A stretch of DNA of 64,000 nucleotides, from positions 34,648,236 to 34,712,235 of the forward strand of contig NC_090404.1 of NCBI RefSeq assembly GCF_036365525.1, given 5' to 3'. This document shows positions 33,741 through 47,720 of this stretch, one piece after another. The notes under the pieces are model-generated. The model saw nothing but the letters and a program-made list of their open reading frames with translations. It ran no database searches and had not been told where the DNA came from. The position numbers and the translations under genes were made by a program. Positions within the stretch are counted from its first letter, which is position 1, and each line of letters opens with the position of its first letter. Source of the DNA: Heterodontus francisci. Its lineage: Eukaryota.

Positions 33741-36509
33741 ATCATTAATCAATGCCAGCTTGTATTATCCAGTTTCTCGTAGCTTTCAAGTATTTTTTAA
33801 TGCCAAATAAAATACAAAATCTTTTACTTTTACAATGGCTCTTTGGCTTTACAGCTTTCACAAAGATCCTGATGTAATTAGATATAAAAATAAATTCCAG
33901 CTTCTTTTATTTAAATATTACATTTTTATCCATCCCTAGGAACTATAAATGAGTTTAAATCAGTATGAATCACTAACAAGACCACTACCTAATTTAAATA
34001 TTCTGTAAAACAATTCTGTAGTCAATCCAACTACAAGATGTCTTCAGATGGTTATCATACTGCTCAATAGCAGGAACATCCCCACCTGTTCCCTTTTCCT
34101 CTTCACACATTCCAGAACTACGAAGATAATTTAACAATCAGAATCACCTCAGATCACTGACTCCTTAGCATTGGCCAGAAATTCACAAAGAAATGGCAAT
34201 TGTTTAAGTGACAGTGTCATATTCAGAATGAAAAAAAAACTTTTATTTATGTTGCGTCTTTCACGACCACCAGAAGTCTCAAAGCACTTTACAGTCAATG
34301 AAGTACTTTTTGACGTGTAGTTCCTCTTGAAATGCAGGAAGCCTACCACACAATTTACAACAACCAGAATAACACAGTGGCCACATTAAAAATATGGTTT
34401 CCACAATTTAACAGGTTAATTAATCCTCAATCGTTCCAATTTAATCCAAATGGATATTTTATGAAAGAAACACATTACATAAAAGATAAAATCACGTGCT
34501 TAAAATAAAAGTAAATTATGTCATTTTTTCTTTCCTTGCATTGATTTCCAAATGACAGTGAAATGCTGAATATAACTGAAGAAAACGTTAGCTTTCACAG
34601 TGAAATGAAACCTCAACATTCTTAGAAAAAGGGTTAAAGAGGGCGGAGCTTCCCAAAGCTTGTGGGTTCCAAACGTTCCTACAGGTTTTTAAAAATAAAC
34701 ATAGGCTGTAGAACTCCGACAAAAACTCCTGTATCTTGTAGCAGGGGAAAGGGAACATAATCTTTTCATTTTCTCCCTGATTCCATCACAGATTAGTTTA
34801 TCCTTTATTCGCTTAAACCAATTTTCAATTCCTGATCTGTGCTACTAATTCGAAATCTCAAATTTGCAGTCTGTGTCCTCACCCAGGCCTGTTGCCTCCT
34901 GTAAAGTTCTGAATACTTTTCTATGGTATATGGGAGATGTTTAATAATATACAGTAAAATGTCAAGGGATCACTGGAGACCCAGCCGGGGGTCCCAGGCC
35001 CGATTTTGAGTGAGTTAAAATCGGGTCCTGGCAATTCATCCTCGGCAACCGCTATAACTGCCTTTTGCAATACTTCAACATCTCAAACCCATTCTGCAAG
35101 TTTTGAAACCATTCTTAAAATTCCATATTTTCTATCGTGCACACGGTAAAGGTTAGTCAAATAAATTCACTGCAGCATCGTTAGCTTAAAATGTAATCCA
35201 AAGTTTTCCACAATTCTAGATAGACAAACTTTTATTGAAATAAGCATGTTGAACAATCAAATTCATAATTTCATATTTCCATGCAACTTAGAAATGTTGA
35301 TCCCTATAATGGGTTACAGACTCAAATTACTAAATTTTATGGCTATTCCCAAGTCTCAAGTCCAATCATTCCAAATGCATTACTCGAGTATCTGACAAAT
35401 AATGTACATGCATCTACATCGATAGAGCAAGCGATTATCAAGCACACTTACAGGAAGGAAGTAAATTAAAATTCTTAATGTTTCCAACTTTAAAAACAAG
35501 ATGACAATGTATTAAAGGCATCAAGAAGGAGTTACAACAAAGACACTTTTAAGACTTTCATTTGCAGGTCAGGAAACCTCTCCATACAAACACATATTCT
35601 AAGAAACTAAAAGCAAAATTCAAACCACTTATTTAAAAAAATAATAAAACCACAGAATCCTGCTGCCTATTTCTTCCTCATGGCACCTTTAGCATTTGCT
35701 GTGTTTTTTTTTTCAATGCCCAATTCTTTTCTATTGCTCTTTTCTTATGCCCCAAGTGTGCAGCCAAGGTTTCTTTTTTTCGGAAAAGTCTGATATAAAA
35801 TCTGTTGATATTTTAATTGCATGTCCTCCTTCATGATCTCTTTTCTTCTTGTCATGTCCTGTAACTCTATCCCTCATTTTGTTATGCCAGGAATCCCACA
35901 AATCACCAAAGTTAGCATTCACTTCCCAACCACTATAAAGAATGGAAGTTTTATATCCTTGCTGTTGTCTTGTTCGCCCACACATGTTCCTCCCTCTCCC
36001 CGCATTACCTTGGGGTTGGGTGAACTGTCGTGGGGTGGCAAGTCTCTGAGGAGCTGAAAAGGCACCGGATTGTTCCTCGTCCATATCAAACCTCGCCACT
36101 CGAACCACTTGAATTTGGAACCCGAATTCAGGGAACTTAAAGCGGGTGCAGAAGAAATCCGCAGCCATGCCTCCTGTCCCAAAGTCCCCTGATCAACCTT
36201 TGTTCCTGGAGAAACTTCTGAACACCATTAGACATCATCAGTGTCAGTCTCCACTGGCCAAGCTAATACCAACACCTGCTGTCCTTCCATCCACTTCACA
36301 GCGTGTGGGTGGTAGGGGTCTTTCTAATTCATCTGCCTGTTGGGTCTCTTGTCAACTTCGCATGCTGCAGTTCGGATATTCTGTTATCTGGATCGTGATT
36401 CCTGGCTGCTGCTAGCTGCTCTTCTTTATCCCTGGTCTCAACATCTTCCACAGACTTCTGAGTCCACAGCAGTAGATATTGTAACACTAAAGCCTTAATT
36501 GCTAATTAA

Positions 36510-36605
36510 AAAGAAACAATGCTGGAAATACTCAGCAGGTCAGGCAACATCTGTGGAGAGAGAAATTGAGTTAACGTTTCACATCGATGATCTTCCATCA
36601 GAACA
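36510..36605 (-). mobile_element. Penelope-type terminal repeat with degenerate hammerhead motif
   Basis: Minus strand gttCTGATGGaagatcatcgatgtGAAAcgttaactc...tctccacagatgttgcctgacctgctgagtatttccagca. Confidence 0.65.
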
Positions 36606-39539
36606 GTCTGACAAGCATCAGTTCTAATGCAGGTGATAGAAACAAAGTTAAACAAAGATACATGTACAGACGAAAATAGATTTTGTGCTCAATCCCTTCT
36701 GACTGACCCTTTATCATGTTGACGTGACATTAATTAGCTCAGAGCCATTTCTCATAGGTATATTCTAGATCCTTAAATATATTGTTGAGTGCTTCCTTTC
36801 AGACAATGTATACATGGCTGACAATCCGATATTCAGCCTTGCAGTTCCGTGTTCAGCAGCAAGCTGTTTTAACTCATTGTGTGCCAGTCCTACGGGTCAC
36901 TCAGAACATTGAGATATTCAGGCAGTGCGGACTCTCGTTCCCACAGCAGGCAGCTGCTAAAGGTTAACAATGACCCTGGAACCATAGTAGATAACAGAGC
37001 CATTTTTAAGAAGGAGACTGGATGCTCAGCTGCATCGCTACCTCAGTTCAAAGGCACAGTTCAAAGACTATCACGTTGACGTTACATAGTGAACCTTCAG
37101 GCCCTGACTTGGATATAGATTTCAGTTTTGGCCCCATTTGAGCAATAGAAAGATCCAAGCCCTGGGACTAGTGCAAGGACGGGTCTCTGAGACCATCGCT
37201 ACCCTCAGAGGGCTGGCTTATGAGCAAAGGTCAGGAAGTCTTGGAATATTTGGTCTTTGAAAGAGGAGAATGTATAAGTGGAATAGGGAAGGTTAAATAC
37301 AAGCTCGAATTCAAGTTCAACTGTGATTGCAGGTACATAAGATGCAGGTACACACTGGAAAAGGGACGTTCAGGACTGATGTAAGATTGAGCTTCTATAC
37401 AGAAAGAATGACCAATCTTTGGAATCGTCTTCTGACAGGGAATTGGAAGCAAAATCGTTCAAACTTACCAGAGACTGTTGAGATTTCTAAGGAGGACTTA
37501 GAGGATAAACTTCCTCTATCACTTTTACTTATTACATTAACATCTACATTCTCATGACTAATCCCGCAGTCAGTATCACTGACACATTCTGCAGGTTCGT
37601 GCTCAGTATTGTTAATCCCCTCAGTTTTCTGATCACACTGGCACTAACATTAAATTGACACACATTAAGTACCATAGTTGGGACCATTCCTTGCAGCGTT
37701 CACCCCGAACACCAGTGTCAACAGTCACATCAGTCCAAAGCAATATTTATGCAGAGTTTTCCCACATGCACCACAGCACTCTAACTCTGGCTGGACTGGG
37801 GTTCCATGGGGCCTCTCCCAGTTCTTGGATACCTACTACAACTAATCAGTTTCCATGCATGAGCCAAGCAGGGAACCTGGTGCAAGGGCGCTGGCCTCAT
37901 GGCTAAAGATAAGGACCTTTACTTCAGAAATATTCATTAGAGTGGTCAAGTTACACCGATTACTTTTGATTTCTGAATGTTGCCCCGGGAATGTAAATGA
38001 GGGAATGCAAGTCCAAGTGAGCCACCATGTAACCTCTTAACCTTAAACAATATATATCAACATGGTTATTCATTGCTTTGATATGTCATGGGGTGGTGAA
38101 AGGTGCCATGGAAATGCAAATTCTTTATTTTACGTATAATGACACTTATTTCTCCATTTTCATGGGTTCATATATATATATATATATATGTGTGTGTGCT
38201 TTATAATATAGCACAATAAATTGAGATACACAAATAGCATCGAAGTAGTTTCGATCCTAATGGTGTTCAACAAGCAAATACTGGCTTGAGTTGAGCCAAT
38301 CAATGTTGACGGATTTCACCACAGCACACAGGCGGGGTTCGCCCCCGTGTCACTTATAACCTGAAATTTCCGTATCATAAGGGAACTAAAACAAGGAACT
38401 AACTGAGTCGTTGTGTGTGATCACCTTTACCTTCCCATTTCCATATCACCAACTAGTAATAATAATCTTTTCCTCACATCAGTCACCGTTCAGAACAATC
38501 TCCACAATGTATTAATCGACTTGCAATAGGCACGGAATAAGATGATGTCATATATCTCAAGCTGTTCTATTTTCTGTCCTTATCACTGGGTTTATAGTAA
38601 GTCTGGCTTTGAGCTGTTTGGAGATTGCACATTCCAAGTTAAAGCTGAGACTGCAAGATCCAATTTCAGATCCCCGTGTTTCAATTCCTCTCAAAACCTC
38701 TCAGCCAGAATTTTTTCTCAAAGCAAGTAGATGTTAAGGTCGAATAATGTCGGACAAAAGTTAGAATTGTCGTTTGTTACACGTTTCATTTCTGCTATTT
38801 CTTCGTGGACAATGGTTGAGAAAAGTGAATAACATATTTCGAAGTTAAACCAATTAGAAGTTTACTCAGCAAGCAGTTAAAGTGGATCAATCAGTTTTAA
38901 TGGTAGAAAATACGGACTGATGACTATTAAAATAATAGTAAGTTTGATACATAGCTCAAAGCATTTCACATAAATCAGACAGCCCGCCATGCACCAACAT
39001 TTCCAAAGTTTATTGGCACCAGTTACTGGTATTATTCGGCTCTAGGTCACAATCTACCCAAATGCTACAGATGGCTGGTATGGGACCAATGCTCAGTTAT
39101 GGCTCAGTGACTGGCATTCTACGAGCTGAGCGTTATTCTGCAGCAAACTAATAATGTTTTCCATCTAAAGGTTAGATCCTAAATAAGTATTTGTACTTAA
39201 AGACACACCAGTAACGCTACATATTAATAAATCTTGTCGTCTGTCGATCAACTGTTCTCACTTTAGCTGAATATTGATTGGTGTACAGATCTCTGTTCGG
39301 ATTTTTTTTAGGTGAGGAAGTACTTCTAACTAACTTCTTAATTCTGATTTCCTGCAGGCATCAAAACATGACATTATGTAAATTGGGGGTGAACCCGGCC
39401 CATGTTGAGCAGTTCAAACAGCTGCAGCTAAAATTGATATATCTGATCAACTTACTTCTCAACCATGCAAACTTGGAGAGGGTTGATGGAGATGAAAAGC
39501 TAACAGGAAACAACGAAAGGTGCAATGCAAAGATATCAG

Positions 39540-41520
39540 GACTGACATCTCCACGGAGGCTGATATATGGTTAATAATGGCAAATCGATAAATGATAGAA
39601 ACACTGTTGTGCGACACTGCTGGGGTGTTTTGGAGATTGTTGTCATAACGTTAGGAGATGAATTTTAAAGAGGAAACAAGGACAAGAGAACTGGAGGTTC
39701 ACACACACAATTTTGTAAAGGGTAGGACAAGTTGAGAAGGCCATTCATAAAGCAAACGAGATGCTTTTATTAATAAAGGCATAGAGTACAGATACAAACA
39801 AGTTCTGCTAAATCTTTATAAGTTAGTGATTAGGCTTTAGCTGGAGTCTTGTTTTCAATTCCTGGCGCTGCACTTTAGAAAGGATGAAGATGATGCCAAG
39901 GAAATTTACCAAGGATGAGGGAATTCAGTTATGTAAAGAAAATAGAGAAGCTGGGATTTTTCTCAGAAAAATGGTTAGTGGAGATTTAATACAGGTGTTT
40001 AAAATGAGTAGGGTTTTTAGTAAAGTAGGTAGGTATAAACACTTTCCACTGGCAAGAGGGTCGGAAACCAAAGGACACAGATTTAAGATAAATGGAAAAG
40101 ATTGAAGGGAGAGGTGAAGAGAACCTTTTTACACAGTGAGCTGTTATGATTTAGTTTTTGCTGCTTGACATGCGGCTCAAACATATTCAAAAGGAAATTG
40201 GAAATTGGAAATCGGTTAAAAGGAAATATTTGCAGGGCTATGGGGAAAGAGCAATTGAGTGAGGATAACTGGTTAGCTCTCGTAGAAAACTGGCATAGCT
40301 ATCATGGGCTGATAGGCCTCTTTTTGTGTTGTATAATTCTATGGTTGTGAAAAAGCAGGTAATGGATGAATGGGATTAGTACTAATTCGTATGGATTGCC
40401 TACCTGCATTAGTATAAGAGATAGATTCGTGCAGTGGTTATTTGTCTTGAGAACAGTGTGAATGTTATTGATAATGAAAACAATGCTCTCCAGCATGTGG
40501 CAAAAGCGACAGGCCTGGAACCTCAACTATTAACCATTTATATCCATGACTTGGGTGAAGGGATCGAATGTATGTTTGCTAAATTTGCTCATAACACAAT
40601 GATAGGTTGGAAAGTCAGTTGTGAAGAGGACTTGAGTCTGCAAGTGAATATAGATAGGTGAAGTGAGTGGGCAAAAAATTAGCAAACGGAGAGTAATGTG
40701 GGAAAATGTGAACTTATCCACTTTGGCAGGAAGAATAATAAAGCAGCATATTATTTAAATAGAGAGATATTGCAGAACTCTGAGGTACAGAGGGATCTGG
40801 GTGTCCTGGCATATGAATCACAAATGGTTGATATGCAGAGACAGCAAATGATTAGGAAGGCAAATTGAATGCTGTTGTTTAGTGCAAGGGGGGTGGAATA
40901 TAAAGATAGAGAAGTTTTGCTACAGTTGTATGGGGTATTGGTTGGAGGACATCTGGAGTATTCCGTACAGTTTTGGTCTCCTTATTTAAGAAAGGATATA
41001 AATGCATTACAGGCAGTTCAGAGGAGATTCACTCGACTGATACCGGGGATGTCGGGTTTATCTGATGAAGAGAGGTTGCACAGATTGGGTCTGTATCCAT
41101 TGGAGGTTAGAAGAATTAGAGGTGATCTTATTGAAATATATAAGACCCTGAGGGGACTTGACAGTGTGGAAGCTGACAGGACGTTTCCCCCTGTGAGATA
41201 GTCTAGAACGAGGGGACACAGTTTAAAAATAAGTCGTCCACCCATTTAAGACGAAGATGGGGAGATTTTGTTTTCACTCCAGAGGGTTGCGAGTCTTTGT
41301 AACTTTCTTCCCCAGAGAGCGGTGGAGGCAGCGTCATTGAATATATTTAATACAGAGGTAAATAAATTCTTGATCACCAAGAGAGTCAAAGGCTATCGGA
41401 GGCAGGTGGGAAAGTGGAGTTGAGGCCACAATCTGATTAGCCATGATCTGATTAAATGGAGGAACAGGTTCAAAGGGCCCGAGTGGCCTACTCCTGCTCC
41501 TAATTCGGATGCTCATAAAG
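39540..41520 (+). mobile_element. two CR1 LINE 3' fragments (39540-40330 and 40500-41520)
   Basis: GPQLLTIYIxDL, HLEYSVQFWSPYLRKDI and RRIRGDLIEIYK motifs; tail ggcctactcctgctcctaatt. Confidence 0.88.
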
Positions 41521-41524
41521 AAAG

Positions 41525-41915
41525 ACATGAATTTATATTACGCTTTTCATGAAATCACTATGGCTTTATATGGCTTCACCGGTCATGCTGTTCTTTTCTC
41601 GAAGTGTTGCACTATCGAAAACACAGCAGCCAATATGTGAATAAGGTTCCACAAAGAGCAATGAGATAATCGACCAGATAATCTGCTTTTGTGATTGGTC
41701 AAGGATAAATATTCACCAAGACACAGTGAAAAATGCCTTTCTCTTCGAAATAGCGGTATGGGATCTTTGACACCCACCTGAGAAGTGGACAGGGCTTCAG
41801 TTAAAGGCCACATTTGGATGACCCTCCCTCAGTACTGTACTGGAATGATTGAAGTGGGTATTGAATCCCTGACCTTCTGACTCAGAAGTGTCGGTACTAA
41901 CACTGAGCCATGGCT
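41525..41915 (-). mobile_element. Deu-domain (SacSINE1-like) SINE
   Basis: Homologous to 29455-29855; tRNA-like head ending cactgagccatggctg. Confidence 0.7.
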
Positions 41916-42749
41916 GGATCTTTAGAGATAAGTTTACAAGCCCCTGGGAGACAGTTTTGGAGTCCAGACGAGCAACATTAGTGAAAAATGCGTCCGTCTG
42001 TTTTGCCGATGTGTTCCCGCACCTGGCGGCTTTTCCCAGGGCGAGCTGACTCCAATATCAGCAACACAGCCGGAAGCGGCAGCGGCCGGAAGCTAATGGA
42101 GGTGCACAATTAGGCAATTAACTGCAATCTCCAATCGACATTGCAATTTTCCCAGCATCGCACATATCCCAGAGCAGAACGTCTTCAGAGGAGGCGGTTG
42201 CACGACCAAAGCAGCCTGAGAGTTCAAGGCATTCTGACCTTTAATGGCAAAATGTGGCAAGGCTGATTTCTTCCATTGACAGAGGCTTGCCTTGTGTGAG
42301 GAGCTCCTGGAGACTGATGTTACTGATCGTGCTGTGGGTGATGCAGTGGTAACCGCTCCTTTCAGACTGATTGTGCCTCCATTAGTCCTTCCAGCTCCTG
42401 TGACATTCCCCTCTGCAGCACTCTCAATGCAGGCACGGTGGAGGCTGCACGCCATGCTTGTAATATGAGCGCTCAATCGACCTGTTGCTTCCTCAGGCCA
42501 CCCACTATCCCTAACTGGACAATGACCCCGGAGGCAGATTCTCAATTGGCTGCCTTATGGAAGCTTGAACCAGAAGGCACAAAAAGGGGGTGAGGACCCG
42601 AAAACTGTTCCAGTGGCTTAAAATATTTTCAGTCCAGAAGCTTCAACCTGTTAGTGCTGGGATTGGATGTCGAGCGGTAGTGGTTGGAATTATCCACCAT
42701 GGAAACCCTGTTTGGAGAAATTGTCTTGTCTCCTTTGGAGACTTTTTGA

Positions 42750-45745
42750 AAAGTTCATTCATGGGATGTGGGTGTCGCTGGCTAGGCCAGCATTTGTTGC
42801 CCATCCCTAATTGCCCTTGAGAAGGTGGTGGTGAGTTGCTTTCTTGAACTGCTGCAGTCCATGTGGGGTAGGGACACCCACATTCCTGTTTGGCAGGGAG
42901 TTCCAGGATTTTGACCCAGTGACAGTGAAGGAATGGCGATATAGCTCCAAGTCAGAATGGTGTGTGACTTGGAGGGGAACTTGCAGGTGGTGGTGTTCCC
43001 ATGCATTTGCTGTCCTTGTCCTTCTAGGTGGTAGAGGTCGTGGGTTTGGAAGGTGCTGTCTAAGCACCTGTGCGTTGCTGCAGTGCATCTTGTAGATGGT
43101 ACACACTGCTGCCACTGTGCATGAGTGGTGCCCGGAGTGAATGTTTGTGGATGTGGTGCCACTCAAGAGGCCTGTTCTGTCCTGGATGGTGCCGAGCTTC
43201 TTGAGTGTTGTTGGAGCTGCACCCATCAAGGCAAGTGGAGAGTATTCCATCACACTCCTGACTTGTGACTTTTGGATGGTGAGCAGGCTTTGGGGAGTCC
43301 GGAGGTGAGCTACACGCCGCAAGATTCCTAGACTCTGACCTGATCTTGTAGCCATATGACTACTCCAGTTCAGTTTCTGGTCAATGGTAGCCCCCACGAT
43401 GTTGATAGTGGGGGATTCAGCGATCGTAATGCCAGTGATGGTCAAAGGCATATGGTTAGATTCTCTCTTGTTGGAGATGGTCATTGCCTGGCACATCTGT
43501 GACGCGAATGTTACTTGCCACTTATCAGCCCAAGCTTGCATATTGTCCAGGTCTTGCTGCATTTCTACACGGACTGCTTCAGTATCTGAGGAGTTGCGAA
43601 TGGTGCTGAACATTGTGCAATCATCAGCGAACATCCCCACTTCTGATGTTTTGATTGAAGGAAGGTCATTGATGAAGCAGCTGAAGATGGTTGGACCTCG
43701 AACACTACCCTGAGGAACTCCTGCAGTGATGTGCTGGAGCTGAGATGATTGACCTCCAACAACCACAACCATCCTCCTTTGTACTAGTTATGACTCTAAC
43801 CAGCGGAGAGATTTCTCCCGATTTCCATTGACTCCAGTTTTTTAGGAGTCCTTGATGCCATACTCGGTCAACAGCTGCCTTGATGTCAAGTGCAGTCACT
43901 CTCACCTCACCTCTTGAGTTAAGATCATTTGTCCATGTTTGAACCAAGGCTGTAAGGAGGTCAGGAGCTAATTGGCCCTGGAGGAACCCAAACTGAGTGT
44001 CACTGAGCAAGTTATTGTTAAGCATATGCCACTTGATCGTACTGTCGATGATAACTTCCATCACCTTACTGATGATTGAGAGTAGTCTGATGGGGTGGTA
44101 ATTGGCTGGGTTGGAATTGTCCTGCTTTTTGTGTACTGGACATCCCTGGGCAATTTTCCACATTGCCGGGTATATGCCAGTGTTGGAGCTGTACTGGAAG
44201 AGCTTGTCTCGGGGCGGGGCAAATTCTGAAGCACGGGTCTTCAATACTATTGCAGGAATGTTGTCAGGGCCCATAGCCTTTGCAGGATCCTCACGTCATT
44301 TCTTGATATCATGCAAAGTGAATAGAATTGGCTGAAGACTAGCTCCTGTGATGCTGGGGACTTCAGGAGGAGGCCGAGATAGATCATCAACTCAGCACGT
44401 CTAGCTGAAGATTTTTGCAAATGCATCAGCCTTATCTTTTGCACTGATATGTTGGGCTCCTCCATCATTGAGGATGGAGATATTTGCAGAGCCAACTCCT
44501 CCAGTTAGTTGTTTAATTTCCACCACCATTCACGATTGGATGTGACAGGATTGCAGAGCTTAGAGCTGATTCGTTGGTTGTGGGATCACTTAGCTTTGTC
44601 TATCACATGCTGCTTACGCAGTTTGGTATGCAATTATTCCTTGGTTGTAGCTTCACCAGGTTGGCAGCTCCTTTTGAGGTATGCCTGGTGCTGCTCCTGG
44701 CATGCCCTCCTGCTCTCTTCATTGATCCAGGATTTGTCTCCCAGCTTGATGGTCATGGTAGAGTGGGGTATGTGCCGTGCCATGAGGTTACAGATGCGGT
44801 TGAGTACAAGTCTGCTGCTGCTGATGGTCCACAGCGCCTCATGGATGCCCAGTTTTGCATTGCTAGATCTGTTGGAAATCTATCCAATTTAGCACGGTGG
44901 TAGTGTCACACAATATGGTGGATGGTACACTCAATGTGAAGGTGTGACTTTGTCTCCGCAAGGATTGAGCGTTGGTCACTCCCACTGATATTGACATGGA
45001 CAGATGCATCTGTGGCAGGCAGATTGGTGAGGACGAGGTCAAGTATGTTTTTCCCTCTTGTTGGTTCCCTCACCACCTGCCACAGACACAGTGTGGCAGC
45101 TATGTCCTTTAGGACTCGGCCAGCAGTGATGCTGCCGAGCCACTCTTGGTGATGGTCATTGAAGTCCCCCATCCAGAGTACATTCTGCGCCCTTGCCACC
45201 CTCGGTGCTTCATCTAAGTGCTGTTCAACATGGAGAAGTACTGATTCATCAGCTGAGGGAGGGCAGTAGGTGGTAATCAGCAGCAGGTTTCCTTGCCCAT
45301 GTTTGACTTGATGTTATGAGACTTCATGGGGTCTGGAGTCCATGTTGAGGACTCCAAGGGCAACTCCCTCCCAACTGTCTATCTCTGTATCACCACCTCT
45401 GCTGGGTCTGTCCTGACGGTGGTGCAGGACAGACCTGGGGATAGTGATGGCGGTGTCTTGCACATTGTCTGGAAGGTATTATCCTGTGAGTATGACTATG
45501 TCAGGCTGTTTCTGGGCTCGTCTGTGGGACAGCTCTCCCAACTTTGGCACAAGTGCCCAGAAGTTATGATGGAGGACTTTGCAGCATCGACGGGTTTGGG
45601 TTTGCCAGTGCCTAGTTAGATGCTGGGTGGTCCATCTTGTTTCATTGTTTATTGACATCATAGCGGTTAGATGCATCTGAGAGGCTTGCTGGGCCGTTTC
45701 AGAAGGCATGTTAAAGTCAACCACATTGCTGTGGATCTGGAGCCA
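42750..45745 (-). mobile_element. near full-length CR1/L2-like LINE (APE endonuclease + RT), frameshifted
   Basis: EN: QPDIVILT and LWMGDFN...NILDLVLTN. RT: QFGF...ALDIKAAVDRVWH, GVPQGS, MFADD. Split over several ORFs, so inactive. Confidence 0.92.
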
Positions 45746-46129
45746 TTGTTAGTAGCAGCATATAGTTTTGTTGGAAGAGTACAAATACACTCTACTGGCA
45801 CAGAGTTCATGTGAACAGAAATGACTACCTGGTAGCAAAAAAATAACAGGCAACCATTTCAATAAATCATATGCTTATATTTCATGATAAGTCAATAGTG
45901 TTGAGAATGAAATAAATGTCATTCAGAGGGATAGGGTTATCACTGTAAAAAATGCAACTGTCAACCAACCCTTAACACGTCCCTTGGCATATCATTGAGA
46001 GTGTCTCATTTTAAGAGATAGATATCTTCCATCCCACTGCATCTTTCAGCAAATATAGTGAACTATTTTGGATCACATATTCTCTGTATGAGAATTGTAT
46101 TATATTATAAATAGATATCGAATGAACTT

Positions 46130-47720
46130 TGATCTCCAGGTTGTAGAGCAGCATGATCCAGTAGATGTGTTGGTGTTAATTTTTCAATATTCGCTAGATT
46201 CTGGAAAGGTTCCATTGGACTGGAAAATAGCTCAATTCAAGAAGTGGCGGGGGTGGGGGGGCGGGTGGTGGGGGGCGCAGGGGAGGGGGGAGTGGTGGTT
46301 GGTGGGGGAGGGGGTTGTGGTGAGAGACAGAAAACAGGTAACTATAGGCTTGACGTCTGTCGTGGGGAAGGTGTTGGAAGCGATTATTAAGGAGATTGTA
46401 GCTGAGAACTTAGAAAAATTCAAAATAATCAGGAATATTCAGCATGGTTTTGTGAAAGCGAAATCATGTTTCACCAATTTGTTGGAGTCCTTTGAAGGAG
46501 TGGAAAATGCTGTGGATAAAGGGGAGCCCGTTGACGTACTGCACTTGGATTTCCAGAAGGCATTTGACAAAGTGCCAGATAAAATGTTATTGTGCAAAGT
46601 AGGAGCTCATGGTGGAGTGGGTAACATACTAGCATGGATAGAAGATTGGTTGGCTAGCAGAAAACATAGAATATGCATAAATGGGTTCTATTCTGATTGG
46701 CAGGACGTGAAGAGTGGAGTCCTGCAGGGGTCTGTGCTGGGGCCTCAACTTCTTACAATTTATATCAATGACTTGGGTGAAGGGAATGATGGCACAGCAG
46801 CTAAATTTACAGATGACACAATGATAGGTAGGAAAGTGCGTTGTGAAGAGAATATGAGGAGGTTGCTGGCCCACATAGATAGGCTGAATGTGTGGGAACA
46901 AATCTGGCAGATGGAGTATAATGTAAGAAAATGTATAGTTATTCACTTTGGCAGGGAGAGTAAAACTTAAATGGAGAACGGCTGCAGAATTTTGACGTGC
47001 AGAAGGATCTAGGTGTTCTAGTGCGTAAGTCACAAAAAGTTAGTATGCAGATACAGCAAGTAATAAAGAAGGCTAATGGAATGGTATCCTTTAAAATGGA
47101 AGGAATTGAAAATAAAAGTAAGGATGTCATGCTTCAGTTATACAAGGCATTAGTGAGCCCACATCTCGAATACTGTGTGCAGTTTTGATCTCCTGATTTA
47201 AGGAAGGATGTAAATACATTGGAAGCTGTTCAGGGGAGGTTTACTAGATTGATCCCTAGAATGAGTGGGTTGTCTTATGAGGAAAGGTTGGACAGACTGA
47301 GCCTGTTTTGACTGGAGTTTAGAAGAATGAGGGGAGACTTGGTTGAAGTTTATAAAATCCTGAACGGTCTTGACAAGGTCAATGTGGAGAGGCTGTTTCC
47401 TCTTGGGTGTCAGTCTGTTTTAAAATTAGGGGTCGACCTTTTAGGACAGAGATGGGGATATTTTTCTCTCAGTGGGTTATGCGATTTTGGAACTCTCTGC
47501 CTCAGAAGGTGATGGAGGCGAAGTCATTGAATATTTTTAAAGTGCAAGTAAATAGATTCTTGATAGATAAGGGAACCAAGGGCTATTGTGGGTAGATGGG
47601 AGAGTGGAATTCGAATACAAACAGATCAACCATGATCTTATTGAACGGCAGAGCAGGCTCGAGGGGCCGAATGGCCTACTTCTGCTCCTAGATCATATGT
47701 TCGTATGTTCGTTTATTCGT
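46130..47720 (+). mobile_element. CR1 LINE RT region and 3' end
   Basis: 291-aa ORF QHGFVKAKSCFTNL...LDFQKAFDKVP...GVLQGSVLGPQL...KFTDDT; (tatgttcg)n tail. Confidence 0.93.

Noticed and set aside
34596-34632. CACAGTG + AGAAAAAGG pseudo-RSS
   Set aside because: The spacer is 21 bp, the nonamer lacks the conserved C, and there is no gene segment adjacent.
41940-42720. GC-rich stretch with a 150-aa ORF
   Set aside because: No recognisable domain or splice structure; probably a DNA-transposon remnant, but I could not define termini, so it is not called.
42807-46970. Long RT ORFs (321 aa at 42807-43772, 291 aa at 46095-46970) as host genes or active elements
   Set aside because: They are fragments of frameshifted LINE ORF2 copies.
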